NCBI GenBank assembly: GCA_031286265.1
Contig: JAITUP010000132.1
Span: 1-48,015, forward strand
Direction of reading: 5' to 3'
Source: Chitinispirillales bacterium
Lineage (GTDB): Bacteria > Fibrobacterota > Chitinivibrionia > Chitinivibrionales > Chitinispirillaceae
DNA: 48,015 nt
The notes beneath the pieces are model-generated. The model was given only the letters and a program-made list of their open reading frames with translations. It ran no database searches and had not been told where the DNA came from. The translations under genes and the position numbers were made by a program. Numbering within the stretch: position 1 is the stretch's first letter; each line of letters starts with the position of its first letter. Of the stretch, positions 42,389 through 48,015 are shown piece by piece.

Positions 42389-43714
42389 ATGAAGACGAAA
42401 GCTTTTCAGAAAATTTACACGCACATCGAAAACGTGACGAAAGCTACTTGTACGGTACATGCCGAAGGTGTGGCTAACGAGGAGATGGCGATAGTCGACG
42501 GGCGTCCGGCGCAGGTCGTGAAGATTGCGGGCGACCGCGTGACGCTTCAGATTTTCCCCGGCACGCAGGGTATTGCCACAAACGCCGAGGTGGTGTTTTT
42601 GGGTAAGCCGCCCACCATCAAGGTGTCGGACGAGCTCAAAGGCCGCTTCTTCAACGCCTATGGCGACCCGATAGACGGCGGCCCCGAAATTGAGGGCAAG
42701 GAAATCGAGATTGGCGGCCCGTCGGTGAACCCTGTGCGGCGCAAACAGCCATCGGAACTCATCGCCACGGGTATTGCGGGGATCGACCTCAACAATACAC
42801 TCGTGACAGGGCAGAAAATCCCGTTCTTCGCCGACCCCGACCAGCCGTACAACGCCGTCATGGCCGACGTGGCGCTCAGGGCAAAAGCCGACCTCATCAT
42901 ACTCGGCGGCATGGGCATGTCTAACGACGACTATCTATACTATAAAACGCTGTTCGATAACGCCGGCGCGCTCGACCGCATCACCGCGTTTATCAACACG
43001 ACGGATAACCCGCCGGTAGAACGTTTACTCGTGCCCGATATGTGCCTCACGACGGCGGAATATTTTGCGGTAGAGAAAAACATGAAGGTACTCGTGCTTC
43101 TCACAGACATGACGCTCTTTGCCGACGCGCTTTCCATCGTTTCAAACCGCATGGACCAGATTCCGTCTAAAGACAGTATGCCGGGTTCGCTCTATAGCGA
43201 CCTCGCGAGCCGCTACGAAAAAGCGTCCCAGTTTCCGGACGGCGGGTCGATCACGATTGTTGCCGTGACGACGCTTTCCGGCGGCGATATTACTCACGCT
43301 ATTCCTGATAATACCGGATATATCACTGAGGGGCAATTGTATTTGCGCCGTGACACGGACGTTTCGAAAGTTATCATCGATCCGTTCCGCAGTCTGTCGC
43401 GCCTGAAACAGCTTGTTATCGGTAAGAAAACAAGAAAAGACCATCCGCAGGTGATGAACTGCGCTATCCGTTTGTTTGCCGACGCGGCAGGCGCCAAGAC
43501 GAAGCTCGAAAACGGTTTTGACCTGACGGATTACGACAGGCGTACTTTGGATTTCGCGAAGGAGTATTCCCGCGAGCTCCTGGCGATCGACATCAACATA
43601 GAAATCGACACGATGCTCGACACCGCTTGGACGCTGTTCGGCAAATACTTCACCCAAGACGAAGTAGGCATCAAAAAAGACCTAATGGACGAATACTGGA
43701 AAGCATCGGCCTAA
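42389..43714 (+). CDS. atpB: V-type ATPase subunit B
   Basis: 441 aa alpha/beta-fold ATPase lacking a canonical P-loop, directly following subunit A. GAGGAG RBS. Confidence 0.95.
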   Translation: MKTKAFQKIYTHIENVTKATCTVHAEGVANEEMAIVDGRPAQVVKIAGDRVTLQIFPGTQGIATNAEVVFLGKPPTIKVSDELKGRFFNAYGDPIDGGPEIEGKEIEIGGPSVNPVRRKQPSELIATGIAGIDLNNTLVTGQKIPFFADPDQPYNAVMADVALRAKADLIILGGMGMSNDDYLYYKTLFDNAGALDRITAFINTTDNPPVERLLVPDMCLTTAEYFAVEKNMKVLVLLTDMTLFADALSIVSNRMDQIPSKDSMPGSLYSDLASRYEKASQFPDGGSITIVAVTTLSGGDITHAIPDNTGYITEGQLYLRRDTDVSKVIIDPFRSLSRLKQLVIGKKTRKDHPQVMNCAIRLFADAAGAKTKLENGFDLTDYDRRTLDFAKEYSRELLAIDINIEIDTMLDTAWTLFGKYFTQDEVGIKKDLMDEYWKASA

Positions 43715-43756
43715 GGTCAAGGTTGTATGGCAATCGCTGTATGGATTACCGATTAT

Positions 43757-43952
43757 ATCCCCCGTAATTGGTTTTAGGATACGGGTTTTAGCGTAGTCGG
43801 TTTTAGGTGGAGATGGACTATGACCGAAGTAAGTGAGAATGTACAGTGTACATTCCGTCCTTTGGTTGAGAGAGGGGCTCTGTGGGGGGCGCGTGCGGAA
43901 GCACATCTTGCCCCCCGTCCCCAAAAAAAGATTTTAAAGATTTTGACTTTAA
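43757..43952 (-). repeat. R1 element, copy D (left half only, inverted) between atpB and atpD
   Basis: GGTTTTAGGATACGGGTTTTAGCGTAGTCGGTTTTAGG is the reverse complement of the 17768-17812-type block. CCCCGTCCCCAAAAAAAGATTTTAAAGATTTTGACTTTAA matches the inverted left end at 17705-17746. Confidence 0.8.
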
Positions 43953-43966
43953 TAAGGTGACGATTA

Positions 43967-44563
43967 ATGGCCATAAAATTTCAATACAACAAAACGTTCC
44001 TGCAACAGCTCAACCGTGAGCTCAAGGTACGCGAAAACGCGCTGCCCACGCTCATCGCCAAAGAGTCGGCACTCCGCCTCGAGGTGAAAAAAGCGAAAGA
44101 ACAGGCGCAGGAGTTCGAAACACGCATCGCCAAGGAGCACGAGACGCTAACGGCGACAAACCGCTTGTGGGGCGAAATGCCGACAGGCCTCGTGAAGATT
44201 AACAAAGTCGACGTCATCGTCAAAAAAATTGCTGGCGTGAAAACCCCGATACTCGACAAGGTGATATTCGACGTATCGCGCTACAGCCTTGTAGCCGAAG
44301 CGGCGTGGATACCCGAAGGCGTAGAAATCCTGAAACGATTAGCGGAATTGAAAATTTGTGTGGAATTAGCCAGAAAAAAAGTCACCATCCTCGAATACGC
44401 GCGGAAAAAAACCACGCAAAAGGTCAACCTGTACGAAAAAGTACAGATACCGGAGTATAACGAAGCGATCCGCAAAATCAAGCGGTTCATGGAAGACGAG
44501 GACAATCTGGCAAAATCATCCCAGAAGATTCTCAAGGTAAAGATAGCTGCGGAGGCCGCGTAA
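43967..44563 (+). CDS. atpD: V-type ATPase subunit D
   Basis: 198 aa helical protein in the D position. AAGGTGA RBS. Confidence 0.85.
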   Translation: MAIKFQYNKTFLQQLNRELKVRENALPTLIAKESALRLEVKKAKEQAQEFETRIAKEHETLTATNRLWGEMPTGLVKINKVDVIVKKIAGVKTPILDKVIFDVSRYSLVAEAAWIPEGVEILKRLAELKICVELARKKVTILEYARKKTTQKVNLYEKVQIPEYNEAIRKIKRFMEDEDNLAKSSQKILKVKIAAEAA

Positions 44564-46485
44564 TGATAGTCAAAATGAAAAAATTAGACCTTCTGCTCTA
44601 CCATCGCGAGCAGGAAAAGTTCCTTGAAGAACTCAGAGGCTTGGGTGTTGTGCACATCACATCCGAAATCCCTATGGAGTCGGCCGCCGTGCAGAATTTA
44701 GGCAGCGAGGTCCAGCGTGCACACCGAATCGCCACGGCGCTCAAAAAAACGCGAAAGGCGAAAGGCGCAGAGACAACGGCGATATCCGCCGCGTCCGCCG
44801 CCGATGATGCCGACGTGTCGGCGATATTGACACGCTTTGAAGATTGCGAATTGAAGCGCGATGGCATTGAACAGGAATTAACAGCCATTGCCAAGGATAA
44901 AACAACGCTTACGCCGTGGGGCGATTTTGACCCGCAATCCGTAAAACGCCTCGCCGAAGTTGGAGTGTTCATAAATTTTTATGCCGCGCCGCAGAAAAAA
45001 TTTGACAAGATCGACAGATCAAACTTAAATGTTGAAATTATATCCAACGTGGGCGACACTGTCCATTTTGTAACGATTTTCCGCGACGATGCCCCGGAAC
45101 TTACCGGCATAGAAGAGGTGCGTCTGCCCGAAGCGAGCATCAAGGCGTTGGACGCCAAATCCGAAACTCTGAAATCCGAGCAAGCCGCGGCTATAGCCGA
45201 AATGGAAAAAATGGCCGCCCATATTCCAGCCATAGAAAAATATCGCGACGAACGATTCAACAGCCTGAAGTTTGAAGAAGCGCGCGGCGCGATGACCGGA
45301 GAAGCCGAGGGTAAACTCTTAAAATTTTCCGGCTGGCTACCGCAGAAAGACGAGGCGAAAGTTGCCGCTTTTCTAAACGATTTTCCAGTCTACGCGAGTT
45401 TCCGTGACCCCGCGGAAGGCGAAGACGCGCCGGTGAAACTCAAAAACGGAAAATTCAACAGCCTGTTTGAACCGGTGGTAAAAATGTATGCGCTACCGGG
45501 CTACCGCGAAATGGATGTCGTCCCGTTTGTCGCGCCGTTTTTCACCGTTTTTTACGGTCTTTGCCTTGCCGATGCCGGATACGGCTTAATAATAACCGTT
45601 GCGGCAATCATCGCCATGATAAAAGTCAGCCCGAAATTCAGGCCGATTATGGCGCTTGGCGCGATTCTCGGTATATCGACGATGACTGCCGGTGTCCTGA
45701 TGAACGGATTCTTCGGCCACGAATTAACCGCATTCGAGAGGTTCGCCATATTGGCCAGCTATAGGGGCGAGCAAGGCATGGTATACCCGGCTATGGGTTT
45801 GTCATTAGTGGCGGCATTTCTACAAATGTTTTTGGGAATGGGTATGCAAGTCTATATGCAGATGCGCGACCGCGGTTTTTTCGCCGGCCTGCAACCTATA
45901 TCGTCAATCTTGATAGCATCGGGCATCATCATCATGGGCGCGAAAGTCGGTCCGGGAGCTACTTTCGGTATAGACTTCACAGGATTTGAGGTAAGCGGCT
46001 TGATGATTGGCGCGGCGCTTGCGGCTATCGGCCATTACAACATCGGACTACCGTTCGGCATCGGCGAAATACTGATGTTCGGCGGCACCGCAATGCTGTT
46101 GCTATTCAACAATATAGACAAAAAGATTTTCATACGCCCGCTAACGGGTATATGGGAACTTTACAATTACGTAATGGGCCTTCTCTCAAACGTCTTATCG
46201 TATATGCGTCTTTTCGCGTTAGGCCTCGCGGGAGGGCTTTTGGGCGGTGCGGTAAATCAGATCGCGTTTATGCTGGTAGGCGGTATGGAGAATCCCAACT
46301 ATGCGTCAATCGGCGTTGTGGGAATGGTTCTCGTGTTGCTTTTCGGCCATGCGCTGAACTTTGGGCTTTCGGGCTTAGGCTCGTTCATACATCCGTTGCG
46401 TTTAACGTTTGTTGAGTTTTATGGGGCGGTTGGATTTAACGGCGGCGGTAAGCCGTATGTGCCTTTCGCGAAAGTGGAGCGGTAA
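44563..46485 (+). CDS. atpI: V-type ATPase subunit I (a-subunit)
   Basis: 640 aa with a soluble N-terminal half and a multi-TM C-terminal half containing YMRLFALG. The start overlaps the atpD stop. Confidence 0.9.
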   Translation: MIVKMKKLDLLLYHREQEKFLEELRGLGVVHITSEIPMESAAVQNLGSEVQRAHRIATALKKTRKAKGAETTAISAASAADDADVSAILTRFEDCELKRDGIEQELTAIAKDKTTLTPWGDFDPQSVKRLAEVGVFINFYAAPQKKFDKIDRSNLNVEIISNVGDTVHFVTIFRDDAPELTGIEEVRLPEASIKALDAKSETLKSEQAAAIAEMEKMAAHIPAIEKYRDERFNSLKFEEARGAMTGEAEGKLLKFSGWLPQKDEAKVAAFLNDFPVYASFRDPAEGEDAPVKLKNGKFNSLFEPVVKMYALPGYREMDVVPFVAPFFTVFYGLCLADAGYGLIITVAAIIAMIKVSPKFRPIMALGAILGISTMTAGVLMNGFFGHELTAFERFAILASYRGEQGMVYPAMGLSLVAAFLQMFLGMGMQVYMQMRDRGFFAGLQPISSILIASGIIIMGAKVGPGATFGIDFTGFEVSGLMIGAALAAIGHYNIGLPFGIGEILMFGGTAMLLLFNNIDKKIFIRPLTGIWELYNYVMGLLSNVLSYMRLFALGLAGGLLGGAVNQIAFMLVGGMENPNYASIGVVGMVLVLLFGHALNFGLSGLGSFIHPLRLTFVEFYGAVGFNGGGKPYVPFAKVER

Positions 46486-46528
46486 CAAATAATTTATTAA
46501 CCATAAATAATCACTTAGGAGGTTTAGG

Positions 46529-46981
46529 ATGGATTGGGGTTTTTTGTTTGCATTGATTGGGATGGGGCTTATGGTTGGCGTGGCCGGCGCCGGTTCGGCG
46601 GTAGGATTGGGCGCCGGCGGTTCGGCGGTTCTCGGGGTGCTTAAAAAGAAGCCCGAGGCTTTTGGCCCTTGCCTTATTCTCGCGGGTCTTCCCGCGTCGC
46701 AGGGACTCTACGGCTTCGTGGCGTTCATCATGTATAGCGGCACGGTTGCTCCGGGCATGTCGCTTGCTCAAGGCGCCCTTGCGCTCGGCGCCGGTATTGC
46801 TATGGCGTTTGCTTGCTTCGTATCCGCCAAGCATCAGGGAAATATATGCGCCAACGGCATATCAGCAATCGGCAGCGGCGCCAACGTTTTCGGCAACACG
46901 CTGATCCTCGCCGTGTTCCCGGAACTCTATGCCATCCTCTCGCTCGTCGCCGCGATTCTCATGATGGGCATCAGCGTCTAA
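46529..46981 (+). CDS. atpK: V-type ATPase proteolipid subunit K (c-subunit)
   Basis: 150 aa, four-helix duplicated proteolipid with motifs LPASQGLYGF and FPELYAIL. AGGAGG RBS. Confidence 0.9.
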   Translation: MDWGFLFALIGMGLMVGVAGAGSAVGLGAGGSAVLGVLKKKPEAFGPCLILAGLPASQGLYGFVAFIMYSGTVAPGMSLAQGALALGAGIAMAFACFVSAKHQGNICANGISAIGSGANVFGNTLILAVFPELYAILSLVAAILMMGISV

Positions 46982-47066
46982 ATCGACACACTACGTCGAA
47001 ACCATATAACCGCGCACCACCCCCCGACATCGGGGGGCACCGCGCGGCCCCCCAAAAAATACTCAA

Positions 47067-47151
<85 letters not shown>

Positions 47152-47181
47152 GGGGTTTTTTTGGGGGGTATATGGCGTAGA

Positions 47182-47733
47182 TTAATTGCTTAGATTGGCA
47201 ATATGATTGAATTGGAGCCGCCCAGGGCTATATATCTTCATCGCTGTTTCTGGAGTACTATGAGTTTGTTTTTCTTTGTCAAGCCTTGTTTTTCTTTTAC
47301 GGCTGATATGGCGAATATTTATAAATTGATTTTTATAGCCAGCTAAAAAATCTTTTTTATTCCAAAATACATTGGCAATTTCTTGACAATATTTGACAAA
47401 GCACTGAGCACCTTTAAATTGCTTGACAATTTTTCCCCAACTATCCCTCATCATCTTTAGTTCAACGTATAGTATACATTTTTTTTCTACGCTAATAATT
47501 ATATAATCGGCACGTTTACATTCACCTTTTTCACCTTTGAAAATATTATCAAGTGAAAAGCAAGCATCTGCTTTGATAACGATAGTATCTAATGGTGGTT
47601 GATATATAGTTACATTAGAATCAGGTATCTCTGGCTCATTAAGTAGGATATACGGTTTATCGTATTCATTAAATTGCAGAGCTATCAATGCGGTGTCTTT
47701 GATCATTTCGTTAAGGATGTCAGTATCTGTCAT
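47182..47733 (-). CDS. Hypothetical protein with PD-(D/E)XK-like nuclease motif
   Basis: 183 aa. RAD76[15 protein letters not shown]91-L-K93 fits a D...ExK core on predicted beta strands. AT-rich gene, 3 nt downstream of the preceding ORF. Confidence 0.5.
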   Translation of the reverse strand: MTDTDILNEMIKDTALIALQFNEYDKPYILLNEPEIPDSNVTIYQPPLDTIVIKADACFSLDNIFKGEKGECKRADYIIISVEKKCILYVELKMMRDSWGKIVKQFKGAQCFVKYCQEIANVFWNKKDFLAGYKNQFINIRHISRKRKTRLDKEKQTHSTPETAMKIYSPGRLQFNHIANLSN

Positions 47734-47736
47734 CGC

Positions 47737-48015
47737 CTACCCCCAAACGATTTCATCTTGAATTCGGTTCATTTCATCTATAGTTCTGTCAAAGCACTTA
47801 GCCTCTATTCCAAGTTCGTTGTCAATATCGGCGGGAATAAGGGTTTGACACTTGGTTTTCCGCTCGCTCCCGTCAAGCTTGATACGGGCTTCTTCGGCCA
47901 TATACACCCGTACTTTTTGAGGGTCAAGCAATTCCGATACTTTGTATTTCTCACGTTCAGCAAGAGCCTCAAGACGTTCCCCGCCCCGATTAAGCATGAT
48001 TAAAGTATTGAGTTC
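47737..48015 (-). CDS. Hypothetical protein, 5' end probably outside the window
   Basis: The reading frame stays open to the window edge. The first ATG is at 47997. No recognisable motif. Confidence 0.4.
   Translation of the reverse strand, partial: ELNTLIMLNRGGERLEALAEREKYKVSELLDPQKVRVYMAEEARIKLDGSERKTKCQTLIPADIDNELGIEAKCFDRTIDEMNRIQDEIVWG

Noticed and set aside
47020-47037. CCCCCC-GACATC-GGGGGG hairpin after atpK as an intrinsic terminator
   Set aside because: It is followed by an A-run rather than a T-run on the coding strand. It may still be a structural element but does not fit the terminator model.

Overview
48-kb window from a mid-GC diderm bacterium. lpxH/lpxI, creD, a giant secreted beta-helix protein with a FlgD-Ig/T9SS-like C-terminal domain and an E-DUF2764-A-B-D-I-K V-type ATPase operon suggest an FCB-group/Fibrobacterota-like lineage; this is inference only. 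Most of the window is housekeeping: dnaK, lpxH-lpxI-ispE, an AKR/Fe-S reductase, a PlsB-like acyltransferase, a ROK kinase, ligA plus a UvrD-like helicase, valS, the V-ATPase operon and tRNA-Ser(CGA). Accessory content consists of an AT-richer block at 3.0-7.2 kb and a low-GC segment starting right after tRNA-Ser. The 3.0-7.2 kb block holds two type II TA modules (RelE/ParE+ParD-like, HepT+MNT), an orphan PilX-like protein and a DUF2934/AKP-rich basic protein. The post-tRNA segment encodes a PD-(D/E)XK-like protein. The most unusual signal is non-coding, in three repeat families. (1) R1 is a composite structured element present at five loci, with hairpin inverted ends, sub-terminal AAAGATTTT repeats, an internal promoter-like box and a variable hairpin slot. 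One copy replaces the 3' end of the RelE/ParE toxin gene and another sits inside the V-ATPase operon. (2) P is a ~90-nt palindromic element with mutually exclusive pairings, at three loci, once nested inside R1. (3) R2 is a 3'-flank repeat that delimits the TA cassettes. Other notable items are a PTS-EIIA-fused diadenylate cyclase, a sigma54-like promoter with an upstream palindrome in front of dnaK, and a perfect 32-bp palindrome operator candidate. No rRNA, CRISPR array, integrase or classical transposase ORF was seen. All domain calls come from motif recognition by eye, not from searches.
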